Shown here: positions 1-9,571 of the stretch, piece by piece
Numbering within the stretch: the first letter of the stretch is position 1
Layout of the letters: the number at the start of each line of letters is the position of its first letter
Assembly (NCBI GenBank): GCA_965225945.1
Contig: CBDDBZ010000037.1
Span: 96,001 to 160,000, forward strand
Direction: 5' to 3'
Source of the DNA: Alphaproteobacteria bacterium
GTDB lineage: Bacteria > Pseudomonadota > Alphaproteobacteria > GCA-2731375
DNA length: 64,000 bases
Translations under genes and position numbers: made by a program
The notes under the pieces: generated by a model
Told to the model about the DNA's origin: nothing
The model's input: the letters and a program-made list of their open reading frames with translations, nothing else
The model's database searches: none

Positions 1-142
1 GCGAGCCCCGTGCCGCCCCGACGCCAACCACCCCGGGAATGGTGTCGGCAATACGGATGCGCTGGCGCCGAATTGGCGTTATTCTCGGATTTGCCCGGCC
101 GATCGCCGGGTGGTGCCGATAGCGGCGGAGCGGGGAGCGGCC

Positions 143-1441
143 ATGGCGGCCACGGGACAGGGCTGGAGCAGTCGGTTGCTGGCGCCTCTGGTGAACCTGC
201 GGATGCGCAAGCGCATCGAGCCGGAAGACGAGGATCCCGTCCGTTTCGGCGAGCGTCAAGGCTACCCCTCGCGGCCGCGACCTCCGGGCCATTTGATCTG
301 GATTCATGCGGCGGGCGAGAGCGAAGCCGTGTCCGCGCTCACTCTGATCGAAGGTATTCGCCGTGCCGACGAGGCGGTCTCCGTCTTGCTGACCAGCGAG
401 ACCGCGGCCGCGTCGCGGTTGATCGGGCAACGCATCTCCAAACGCGTGGTGCATCAATATCTGCCTTACGATCAGGCGTCCGCCATCGACAACTTCCTCG
501 ACCATTGGCATCCCGACGCCGCGATCTGGGTGGAAGCCGGGTTCTGGCCCAACTTGGTGAGGGCGACGCGCGCGCTCGGGGTTCCGATGCTGTTGATCAA
601 CGCGAGGATCTCGGAGAATTCGTTTCGCGGCTGGCGCCGGGCGCCCAAACTGATCCGGAGCATGCTGGGCTGTTTCGACCTCTGCGTGGCGCAGAGCTTG
701 CCCGACGTGGGGCGCCTGGCGACGCTCGGGGCCGGGAACGCCGCCTGCGTCGGCAACCTGAAGGCGGCCGCGCCGCCGCTGCCGGCCGACGAGCGGATGC
801 TCGAACGGCTCGGCCGCAGTATCGGCCGGCGCCCCGTCTGGCTCGCCGCCGGTATCGATCCGGGCGAGGAGGGCGCCATCGTCAAGGCACACACACACGC
901 GCGCGAGGATTTCCCCGATCTGCTGACCATTCTCGCCCCGCACGAAGGCGGGCGCGGCGAGGCCGTCTCGGAATATCTGCGCCGACAGCGACTGACGGTC
1001 GCCCGACGTTCGGGGCTGGAGCCGGTCCGGTCCGAGACCGAGGTCTATGTCGCCGATAGCCTGGGCGAGATGGGGATCTTCTACCGCCTCGCGCCGATCG
1101 TCTTCGTCGGCGGCTCGCTGGTCGATCGGGGCGGACGCAATCCGTTGGAGGCGGCTTGTCTCGAGTGCGCGCTGCTCTGTGGCCCGCACATGGACAACCA
1201 CGCCGACGTGGTCCGCGAGCTGGTGCAGGCCGACGCGGCGGTCCAGGTCGAGAACCCGGCCGCGCTGTGCGAGGCGCTGACCGCCATGCTGGGTGATCCG
1301 GGCCGTGTCGCGCGGCGGGCGATGGCGGGCTCCGACCATGTCGCGCGCAGCCAGGGCGTGCTCGACGATCTGGTCGAAGAGATCTCGCCCTATATCTTCG
1401 GACGCGCTTGGGACAGCGCCACCGTCGAGCCGGCGGATTAG
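143..1441 (+). CDS. waaA: Kdo transferase (WaaA/KdtA)-like glycosyltransferase with divergent motifs
   Basis: RFGER, WIHAA, HQYLPYD, WPN, INARIS, GNLK, DSLGEM, FVGGSL and GPHMDN motifs; ATG at 143 chosen over GTG at 110. Confidence 0.8.
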   Translation: MAATGQGWSSRLLAPLVNLRMRKRIEPEDEDPVRFGERQGYPSRPRPPGHLIWIHAAGESEAVSALTLIEGIRRADEAVSVLLTSETAAASRLIGQRISKRVVHQYLPYDQASAIDNFLDHWHPDAAIWVEAGFWPNLVRATRALGVPMLLINARISENSFRGWRRAPKLIRSMLGCFDLCVAQSLPDVGRLATLGAGNAACVGNLKAAAPPLPADERMLERLGRSIGRRPVWLAAGIDPGEEGAIVKAHTHAREDFPDLLTILAPHEGGRGEAVSEYLRRQRLTVARRSGLEPVRSETEVYVADSLGEMGIFYRLAPIVFVGGSLVDRGGRNPLEAACLECALLCGPHMDNHADVVRELVQADAAVQVENPAALCEALTAMLGDPGRVARRAMAGSDHVARSQGVLDDLVEEISPYIFGRAWDSATVEPAD

Positions 1442-1585
1442 CGCCGTTCGACCGCACGAAAACGCCGACACTTCGCCATGGTTGCAAGCTAGTGGCGTCC
1501 GCTAAACGAGTTCCCCGTGAAACCGAGGCGAAGCGACGGAATTTTTCCCGATCGACGCATCATCGAGACGTCATCCAGCCACCTG

Positions 1586-2329
1586 CTACCAGGGTTCCAG
1601 CCAGGGGCGGAGGTCGAGCTCGAAGGTCCAGGCGTTGCGCGGTTGCGTGTGGAGCCGCCAGTAGTTCTCGGCGATTGCCGCGGGATCGAGAATGCCGTCC
1701 CGGTCCTTCAGCGCGTAACGCTCGGGGAAATTTTGCGCGATCCACTTGGTGTCGATGGCGCCGTCGATCACCACGTGGGCGACGTGGATTCCCTTGGGGC
1801 CGAGTTCGCGCGCCATCGATTGCGCCAGCATTCGCAAGCCCGCCTTGCCGCCCGAGAAGGCGGCGTAACCGTCACCACCCCTGAGGCTCGCCGTCGCCCC
1901 GGTGAAGAGGATGGTGCCCCGTTCGCGCGCCACCATCCGCTTGGCGACTTCGCGGCCCATCAGGAAGCCGCTGAAACAGGCCATCTCCCAAGTCTTGTAA
2001 AAGACCCTCGCGGTCATCTCCAAGATTGAGAAGCGGACGTTGCCGCCGACGTTGAAGACCGCGACCTCGATCGGGCCGATCTCGCGCTCGATCCGCTCGA
2101 TGAAGGGGACCATCTCCTCCTCGGCTCGGGCATCGATGCCGTGTGCGTGCGCGATCCCGCCCTCGGCCCGGATGCCTTCCGCCAGCTTTTCGAGCTGGCT
2201 GAGATTGCGAGCACGCCGGGTGATCACGGCCTCATAGCCTTCCCGCGCGAAGCGGTGCGCGATGGCGCCGCCCGTCGCGTCGCCCGCGCCGATCACCAAC
2301 GCCACCTTGCGTTCGCCGGTCTCCGCCAT
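1586..2329 (-). CDS. short-chain dehydrogenase/reductase
   Basis: GAGDATG Rossmann motif, FTGATAS, FSGGKAGLR, GIHVAHVVIDG. Confidence 0.88.
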   Translation of the reverse strand: MAETGERKVALVIGAGDATGGAIAHRFAREGYEAVITRRARNLSQLEKLAEGIRAEGGIAHAHGIDARAEEEMVPFIERIEREIGPIEVAVFNVGGNVRFSILEMTARVFYKTWEMACFSGFLMGREVAKRMVARERGTILFTGATASLRGGDGYAAFSGGKAGLRMLAQSMARELGPKGIHVAHVVIDGAIDTKWIAQNFPERYALKDRDGILDPAAIAENYWRLHTQPRNAWTFELDLRPWLEPW

Positions 2330-2453
2330 GGTCTGGTTTCTCCACCGCTCGTCTCCCTCCATCTCTAGCATTTTCGGCCGCGCGAAATTCCATCGTCGCC
2401 GCCGCGAAGCTGAATTATCCTCGATCGACGTGAAGACGAGGGGTGTAGGTTTC

Positions 2454-3812
2454 ATGGCCTGGGAAGGACGGGCGGTTCTGGGCCTGGATCACGGCCTGCC
2501 GGAGGTGGCGGCGTTCGACGTCGCGGTCGTTGGCGGCGGGGCGGCCGGCGTCGCGGCGGCGGAGACGGCGGCGCGCCATGGTCTTTCGGTCTTGTTGATC
2601 GAGCGCTACGGATTTTGCGGCGGCAACGCGGTCGCCGGCCTCTCCGGCACGATCTGCGGCCTCTACCTCTCGACCGAGCGGGGCGCCAACCGACCGGAGC
2701 AGGCGGTCTTCGGCTTCGCCGAGCGGTTCCGCGCCGCGATGGAACGGGCAGGCGGGCTGACGGCGCCGCAACGTTACGGCGCCACATGGACGGTGACCCA
2801 TGATCCCCTGGTCTGGCGCGAGGTGGGAGAGGGCTTCCTGGTCGAGGCTGGCGTCCGCGTGCTCTACCACACCATGGTGACGGGGGTGGTCATGGAGGGG
2901 GAGACGGTTCGGGGCCTGGTGGTCGATAGCAAGGCGGGGCGCGGCGTGGTTCGGGCGAAACGAGTGATCGATGCCAGCGGCGACGGTGACGTGGTCTTCC
3001 GCGCCGGCCTCGGCTTCACCATGGGCCAGGACGGCACGGTGCAGAATCCGACCATGATCTTCCGCCTGGCCGGCGTCGACGTCCCGCGCTTTCTGGCGTT
3101 CTGGGGCCCCGACACGATCTCCGGACCCGAAGTCCAGGCGATGCTGAAGCGCGAGCACGAGGCCGGCCGCTACGACCTGCCCAGGGACAAGATCTGGCTG
3201 TTCGCGACGCCGAGACCCGGCGAGATCCTGTGCAACGCAACCCGCCTGATCGGGGGGCAGGGGCGGATGCTGGACACCACCAACCCCTGGGACCTGACGG
3301 AGGCGGAATTCGTCGGCCGCCGTCAGGTCAGGGAATACGCCCGCTTTCTCCGCGATCACGTGCCGGGGCTGGAGGCGAGTTTCGTCAACGATACCGGCGT
3401 GCAAGCCGGCATCCGGCAGAGTCGCTCGATCCTGGGCACCCAGCGGCTCACCAACGAGGACGTCACCGCCCGGCGCAAGCGGGCGGACGGCATCGCCCGC
3501 TCCCCCTGGCCGATCGAACTCCATGTCGGCGACCGGCCGAAGCTCGAATGGCTGCACGACGATTTCTACGAGGTGCCCTATGGCGCCCTGGTGCCGGAGG
3601 TGGGGGAGCATCTGATCACCGCCGGGCGTTGCCTCTCGGCCGAGCACGAGGCCCTCGCCTCCTGCCGGGTGACGGCGCAGTGTTTCTCCTATGGCCAGGC
3701 GGCGGGGCTCGCGACGTTGGCCTCGCTCCGCGACGACGTCGCCTACCGGGCCATCGACGGGCCCGCGATCCGGGCCATGCTAAACGACGACGGCGCGCGA
3801 CTGGAGGGCTGA
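2454..3812 (+). CDS. FAD-dependent oxidoreductase (FAD_oxidored type)
   Basis: VVGGGAAG, IDASGDGD, YEVPYGAL, AGRCLSA. Confidence 0.85.
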   Translation: MAWEGRAVLGLDHGLPEVAAFDVAVVGGGAAGVAAAETAARHGLSVLLIERYGFCGGNAVAGLSGTICGLYLSTERGANRPEQAVFGFAERFRAAMERAGGLTAPQRYGATWTVTHDPLVWREVGEGFLVEAGVRVLYHTMVTGVVMEGETVRGLVVDSKAGRGVVRAKRVIDASGDGDVVFRAGLGFTMGQDGTVQNPTMIFRLAGVDVPRFLAFWGPDTISGPEVQAMLKREHEAGRYDLPRDKIWLFATPRPGEILCNATRLIGGQGRMLDTTNPWDLTEAEFVGRRQVREYARFLRDHVPGLEASFVNDTGVQAGIRQSRSILGTQRLTNEDVTARRKRADGIARSPWPIELHVGDRPKLEWLHDDFYEVPYGALVPEVGEHLITAGRCLSAEHEALASCRVTAQCFSYGQAAGLATLASLRDDVAYRAIDGPAIRAMLNDDGARLEG

Positions 3813-4601
3813 GTGCGCGTACTCCATGTTTTCGCGCTCGCTCTCATGGTGGCGCTGGGCGCGCCGGGCGCGGGACGGGCGCGCGAGGCCGATCTGGCGC
3901 TGGTACTGGCGATCGACTGTTCCTACAGCATCGACGATAGCGAATTCGACCAGCAGCGGTTCGGGCTCGCCGCCGCCTTCCTCGATCCCCGGGTGGTGGC
4001 GGCGATCAGCACCGGCGCCGCCGGCGCGATCCTGGTCACCGTGGTGCAGTGGTCGAACAGCGCGTCCCAAGTCCAGGCGCTGCCTTGGACCCGCGTCGCC
4101 GGCCTGGCCGACGCGGCGGGCGTCGCCGAGCGGCTCGTCGCCATGAAACGGCGCACCCTCGAGGGCGGGACCTCGATCTCGGCCGCGATCGACTTCTCCC
4201 GCGGGCTGCTCGCCGATCCCGCGCTTCGGGCGGCCAGGCGGGTGATCGACATCTCGGCCGACGGGCGCAACAACAACGGCCGCGACGTCCGCGCCGCCCG
4301 CGACGCGGCGCTGGCCGCCGGCATCACGGTCAACGGCCTGGTGATCCTGAACGCCGTGCCGACGCTGGGCTACTATTTCCGCCGCTCCGTGCTGGCGGGC
4401 GACGCCTCTTTCGTGGTCGAGGCCCTGAGCTACGATGACTACGGCGACGCCATGCTGGCCAAGTTGGTGCGGGAGATCACGGGCAACATGCTGTCGAGGC
4501 GCGCGCCGCCGCCGCCCGACGGCCCGTGGGACGTTGCCAAGGCGCGCGGCGCGCCACTACCCTCGACCCGGATCGGCGAAGGGGAGGAGGCGAGGCGATG
4601 A
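3813..4601 (+). CDS. DUF1194 / vWA-like exported protein
   Basis: signal peptide, LVLAIDCSYSID (MIDAS-like), VIDISADGRNN, ITVNGL. Confidence 0.8.
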   Translation: MRVLHVFALALMVALGAPGAGRAREADLALVLAIDCSYSIDDSEFDQQRFGLAAAFLDPRVVAAISTGAAGAILVTVVQWSNSASQVQALPWTRVAGLADAAGVAERLVAMKRRTLEGGTSISAAIDFSRGLLADPALRAARRVIDISADGRNNNGRDVRAARDAALAAGITVNGLVILNAVPTLGYYFRRSVLAGDASFVVEALSYDDYGDAMLAKLVREITGNMLSRRAPPPPDGPWDVAKARGAPLPSTRIGEGEEARR

Positions 4602-5770
4602 AGATCAGCGGAATTCGAGATCTGCATTGTGACGCGGGGTGGCGCAACCTGTCGTTTCTGAAGATCGAGACCGACGAGGGACTGGTCGGCTGGTCGGAAT
4701 ACAACGAGAGCTATGGCGCCAAGGGGCTGACGGCGGTCATCCACTCCCTCGCCGAGGGCCTGCTCGGCGAGGATCCGCGTCCCGTCGAGCGACTGATCGC
4801 CCGGCTCTACGCCAAGACCCGCGCCGCGCCCGGCGGCCTCAACCAGCAGGCGATCGCGGCGATCGAGAACGCACTTGTCGACGTCAAGGCCCGCGCCCTG
4901 GGCATTCCGGTCTACGAGCTGTTGGGCGGGCCGGTCCGCGACCGGCTGCGGCTCTACTGGTCGCACTGTGGCTCCTACCGGGTCGATCACGCGGCGACCA
5001 TGGGCGTGGCGCCGCTCGGCAACCTCGACGACGTGGCCGCGCTGGGCGCCCAGGTCCGCGACAGCGGCTTCACCGCCCTCAAGACCAACATCTTCCTCTT
5101 CGACGAGGGCCAGCCCTTCATGTACCAGCCGGGCTTCACCCGCTCGGCCGGCTGGCCGGAGCTCAACTGGAGCCCCAAGCTGATCCGCGCGATGGACGCG
5201 CAGCTCAGCGCTTTCCGCCAGGGCACGGGCCCGGAGGTCGAATTTCTGCTCGACCTCAACTTCAACTTCAAGACCGAGGGCTACCTCCGCGTCGCCCGAT
5301 CGTTGGAGAAGCACGGCCTGATGTGGGTCGAGCTGGACATTTACGATGCCCGCGCCCTGGCGCTGATCCGCCAGTCGATCACCACGCCGGTGGCCAGTTG
5401 CGAGTCGCTTTACGGCCGGCGCGCGTTCCGTCCCTTCCTGGAGAACTATTCGATCGACGTCGCCATCGTCGACGTGCCGTGGAACGGAATCCTGGAAGCG
5501 CTGAAGATCGCCCGCATGGCCGAGGCCTTCGAGGTCAACTGCGCACCGCACAACTTTTACGGCCACCTCTCGACCCTGATGAGCGCGCACTTCTGTTCCG
5601 CCCTCACCAACTTCCGGATCATGGAAATCGACATCGACGACGTGCCGTGGAAGGACGAGCTGGTGAGCGAGCCGCCCCGGATCGAGGATGGTCACCTGCT
5701 GCTGCCGACGGGCCCCGGCTGGGGCGCCGAGATCGACGAAGCCGCCGTCGCCCGCCACCCGCCGAAGTGA
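4598..5770 (+). CDS. mandelate racemase/muconate lactonizing (enolase superfamily) enzyme
   Basis: ETDEGLVGWSE, ALVDVKARALGIPVYELLGG, ALKTN, LLDLN, CAPHN, PTGPGWG; ATGA overlap with the upstream gene. Confidence 0.88.
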   Translation: MKISGIRDLHCDAGWRNLSFLKIETDEGLVGWSEYNESYGAKGLTAVIHSLAEGLLGEDPRPVERLIARLYAKTRAAPGGLNQQAIAAIENALVDVKARALGIPVYELLGGPVRDRLRLYWSHCGSYRVDHAATMGVAPLGNLDDVAALGAQVRDSGFTALKTNIFLFDEGQPFMYQPGFTRSAGWPELNWSPKLIRAMDAQLSAFRQGTGPEVEFLLDLNFNFKTEGYLRVARSLEKHGLMWVELDIYDARALALIRQSITTPVASCESLYGRRAFRPFLENYSIDVAIVDVPWNGILEALKIARMAEAFEVNCAPHNFYGHLSTLMSAHFCSALTNFRIMEIDIDDVPWKDELVSEPPRIEDGHLLLPTGPGWGAEIDEAAVARHPPK

Positions 5771-5839
5771 CGCCGGCCTGGGTCGCCTCGCCCGCCTCGA
5801 GGCCCTCGGCGCGCCGGCGCCCGGCGAAGCTATCGGGGC

Positions 5840-6971
5840 CTACTCCGCCGCCTCCGCCTCGGAATCGGCGCCGCCTCCGACCCGCTGAGCCAGCGCCGCC
5901 TTCAGGAAAACGTCGATGTCACCGTCGAGAACGCGGCTGGCGTCGCCCCTCTCGACGCTGGTCCGGAGGTCCTTCACCATCTGATAGGGCTGCAAGACGT
6001 AGGAGCGGATCTGATGGCCCCAGCCGATATCGGTCTTAGTTGCCTCCTGAGCCTGCTTTTCCTCTTCCCGCTTGCGCAGCTCCGCCTCGTACAGCCGGGC
6101 TTTCAGCATCTTCATCGCGGTCGCCCGATTCTTGTGTTGCGAGCGTTCCTGCTGGCATTGCACGACGATACCGGTCGGCTCGTGGGTGATACGGACGGCG
6201 CTGTCGGTGCGGTTGACGTGCTGACCACCGGCGCCCGAGGCACGGTAGGTGTCGACCCGAATGTCCGAATCGGCAATCTCGATCTCGATGTCGTCGTCGA
6301 CTTCGGGATAGACCCAGACGCTGGCGAAGCTGGTGTGGCGCCGGGCACTGGCGTCGAACGGCGAGATCCGGACCAGGCGGTGGACGCCGCATTCGGTCTT
6401 CAGCCAGCCGTAGGCGTTGGTGCCGGTGACATGAAGGGTCGCCGACTTCAGGCCCGCTTCCTCGCCCGGGCTCTCCTCGACCAGCACGGTCTTGAAATCG
6501 TTGCGGTCGGCCCAGCGATTGTACATCCGGATCAGCATCCGGGCCCAATCCTGCGACTCCGTTCCGCCGGCGCCGGCGTGGATTTCCAGATAGCAGTCGT
6601 TGCCGTCCGCCTCGTCGCCCAGCAGGGTCTCCAGTTGCCGCTTGGCCGCGAGCTCGTGAAGCGCGCGCAGTTGCGCCTCGGCGTCCGCCACGACCTCGTC
6701 GTCGCCCTCCTCCTCGCCGAGCTCGATCAACCCCACCCCATCCTCGAGTTCGGCCTGGAGCGAAACATACTGTTGGATCGCGCCGTCGAGATGCGTGCGC
6801 TCGCGCATCAGGGCCTGCGCGCGCTCCCGATCGTTCCACAGATCCGGCGACGCGATCGTCTTGTTCAGTTCCGCCAGTCGGTCCCGGGCGGCATCCAGGT
6901 CAAAGATGCCTCCTCAGGAGGGCTAGGCTCTGGTGGATCTCGTCCACCATGGCTTGCGTCTCCGCGCGCAT
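5840..6971 (-). CDS. prfB: peptide chain release factor 2, expressed via +1 programmed frameshift
   Basis: SPF and GGQ motifs; first segment [23 protein letters not shown] ends at CTT TGA C, preceded by AGGAGG. Confidence 0.97.
6899..6914 (-). promoter_or_regulatory. RF2 +1 frameshift cassette
   Basis: minus strand reads AGGAGG-CAT-CTT-TGA-C. Confidence 0.95.
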
Positions 6972-7046
6972 GCCACCTCCTTGCGTCCTGTGACGTCGTC
7001 GTCGGTCCCTCGGCGACGCGTGGGCCGGCCCGCGTCGCGATTCGCC

Positions 7047-9479
7047 CTAATATAGTCCGCCCGTCCCGGTACCGGGAGTCGCGCCACCGCCGGCTGTCCC
7101 GCCCGCGGCGCCGATCAGCCGACTTCCCGCCTTGGGCTCGGTACCGGGCTTGAAGGCTTCCAGGATTACCCGCTCGTCGCCCGGCCGGCTCGGCAATCCC
7201 GTGGTCGGCTCGATCCGTACCAGCTTGATTCCCGGCGGGATGCGGAAGGGCACCGTGGCGCGGGTGGTCAGCGCCTCGGCCATGAAGTCCTTGAAGATCG
7301 GCGCCGCGACGGACGCGCCCTGCTCGCCGCGACCGAGCGGCTTGGGCTCGTCGAAGCCGACGAAGACGCCCAGCGCCAGGTCCGGAGAGAAGCCCATGAA
7401 CCAGGTGTCATTGGGTCCGTTGGTCGTCCCCGTCTTGCCGGCCAATGGCTTGCCGAGCGAGGCGATCCTGCGCCCGGTGCCGCGCAGCACCACGCCCCTG
7501 AGCAGGGAGACGACCTGATAGGCCGTGGCGGCGTCGAGGACGCGCTCGCGCGTGTCGGGGATCCGGGGCTCCGGCTGGTCCGACCAGGTCGCGGCGGTGC
7601 AGCCCCGGCACGCCCGCCGGTCGTGCCGGAAGATGGTGCGGCCCCGGCGATCCTGGACCCGATCGATCACCGTGGGATCGACCCGCTTGCCGCCGTTCAC
7701 AAATATCGAATAAGCGGCGGTCAGCCGCAACAGCGTGGTCTCGCCGGCGCCGAGCGCCATGGGGAGATATTGCGGCATGTCCTCGATGATGCCGAAGCGG
7801 CTGGCATAATCGGCCACGACATCCATTCCGATCTCTTGCGCCAGGCGCACCGTCGTCAGATTTCGCGACTTCTCCAGCCCGCGACGCAACGTGTCGAAGC
7901 CATAGAACTTGCTCGAATGGTTGGTGGGCTTCCACTTCGCCTTGCCGGGCCCCTGGTCGACGACGACCGGGGCGTCGAGGATGATGCTGGCGGGGGTGAA
8001 GCCGTGGTCGAGCGCGGCGGCATAGACGAACGGCTTGAAGGCGGAGCCCGGTTGGCGCAGCGCCTGGGTCGCCCGGTTGAACGGGCTGTCGCGGAACTCG
8101 TAGCCACTGACCAAGGCCAGCACGCGCCCGGTGTGGGGATCCATCGCGACGATGGCGCCGCTGATGTCGGGCACCTGTTCCAGCCCGTGGCCGCCTTCGA
8201 CCCAATCCTTGTCCTCGGGCGGTATGGGCGATGCCGCGACGACATCGCCCGGGGCCAGTACGTCGGCGGGTTTGACTATGCGGCCCCCAAGCCTCTGTCC
8301 CTTGATCCAGCGCCGGGCCCAGCGCAAGCGGGAGAGCGGGATGACGCCCTGGGTACCGTCGGCAAAGCCGATTTCCACGGTTTTCGCGTCCAGCTTCAAC
8401 ACCACGGCGAGCTTCCAGGCGTCGATCGCGCGCGGCAACTCCAAGGCCCTCAGTTGGTCGCGCCAATCCTCCATGCTCTCCAATCGGGCGAGCGGCCCGC
8501 GCCAGCCGTGGCGGCGATCATAGCGGCGGAGACCGCGCCGCAAGACCTTTTCGGCCAGCGCCTGCAGCGTGCTGTCGAGCGTCCCGCGAATCGAGAGGCC
8601 ACCCTCGTAGAGCGCGACTTCGCCGTACCGCTCGACGACCTCGCGCCGGACCTCCTCGGCGAAATAGGCACCGCTGACGATCCCGGACGACTTCGGCCGA
8701 TTGACGCCGAGCGGCATTTTTCGCGCCGCCTCGGCCTCCGGAGCGCCGATCACGCCATCCGCGAGCATGCGCGACAGCACCCAGTTGCGCCGCACGAGTG
8801 CCGCCTCGGCGCGGCGCTCGGGGTGGAGTCTGTTCGGCGCCTTGGGCAACGCGGCGAGATAGGCGACCTCCGTCAAGGTCAACTCGTCGAGGGATTTGTC
8901 GAAATAATTGAGGGCCGCCGCCGCGACGCCGTAAGCTCTGAGACCGAGGAAGATCTCGTTCAAATAGAGTTCGAGAATCCGGTCCTTGGTGTAGGTGTTC
9001 TCGAGCCGAAACGCCAGGATCGCCTCGCGGATCTTGCGCTCGTAAGAGACCTCGGCGCTCAGGAAGAAGTTCTTAGCCACCTGCTGCGTGATCGTCGAGG
9101 CGCCGCGGGGCCGGCGGTTGGCACCGGCGAGCTTGTTCTTGACGTTGGCGAAGGCGGCGCTCGCCACCCCCAGCGGATCGATCCCGAAATGGCGGTAGAA
9201 GGTTTTGTCCTCGGCCGAGAGAAAGGCCTTGATCAGCAGCTTCGGCATCGCTTCGACAGGCACGAACAGACGCCGCTCGCGGGCGTATTCCTCGATGAGG
9301 CGACCGTCTCCGGCGTACACCCGCGACATTACCGCCGGCTTGTAGTCGACGAGCTGGCGGTGATCGGGCAGCCCCGGCGAATAGCGCCAGAAGACGTAGA
9401 ACGTCCCGGCGCTACCGAGGATCGCCAGCAACAGCAGCACCACGACCAGCTTGCCGAAGGATTTCAGGACGTCCGCCAC
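7047..9479 (-). CDS. mrcA: penicillin-binding protein 1A
   Basis: EDKTFYRHFG and GASTITQQVAKN (transglycosylase); SAFK, SRN and KTG (transpeptidase). Confidence 0.95.
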   Translation of the reverse strand: MADVLKSFGKLVVVLLLLAILGSAGTFYVFWRYSPGLPDHRQLVDYKPAVMSRVYAGDGRLIEEYARERRLFVPVEAMPKLLIKAFLSAEDKTFYRHFGIDPLGVASAAFANVKNKLAGANRRPRGASTITQQVAKNFFLSAEVSYERKIREAILAFRLENTYTKDRILELYLNEIFLGLRAYGVAAAALNYFDKSLDELTLTEVAYLAALPKAPNRLHPERRAEAALVRRNWVLSRMLADGVIGAPEAEAARKMPLGVNRPKSSGIVSGAYFAEEVRREVVERYGEVALYEGGLSIRGTLDSTLQALAEKVLRRGLRRYDRRHGWRGPLARLESMEDWRDQLRALELPRAIDAWKLAVVLKLDAKTVEIGFADGTQGVIPLSRLRWARRWIKGQRLGGRIVKPADVLAPGDVVAASPIPPEDKDWVEGGHGLEQVPDISGAIVAMDPHTGRVLALVSGYEFRDSPFNRATQALRQPGSAFKPFVYAAALDHGFTPASIILDAPVVVDQGPGKAKWKPTNHSSKFYGFDTLRRGLEKSRNLTTVRLAQEIGMDVVADYASRFGIIEDMPQYLPMALGAGETTLLRLTAAYSIFVNGGKRVDPTVIDRVQDRRGRTIFRHDRRACRGCTAATWSDQPEPRIPDTRERVLDAATAYQVVSLLRGVVLRGTGRRIASLGKPLAGKTGTTNGPNDTWFMGFSPDLALGVFVGFDEPKPLGRGEQGASVAAPIFKDFMAEALTTRATVPFRIPPGIKLVRIEPTTGLPSRPGDERVILEAFKPGTEPKAGSRLIGAAGGTAGGGATPGTGTGGLY

Positions 9480-9571
9480 TGCTTCGGACCCCGTCGCCGT
9501 TTCGTCCGGTAATTCTAGAGACTATAGTCCAAATTGTGTCGAATTGATGAAGTCGCGCGCCCGGTCCGGAA

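Noticed and set aside
7623-9512. Long antisense and alternative-frame ORFs (also 9749-10858, 20297-22243, 32508-34076, 60269-61996)
   Set aside because: Shadow ORFs of real genes caused by high-GC codon bias; no recognisable motifs
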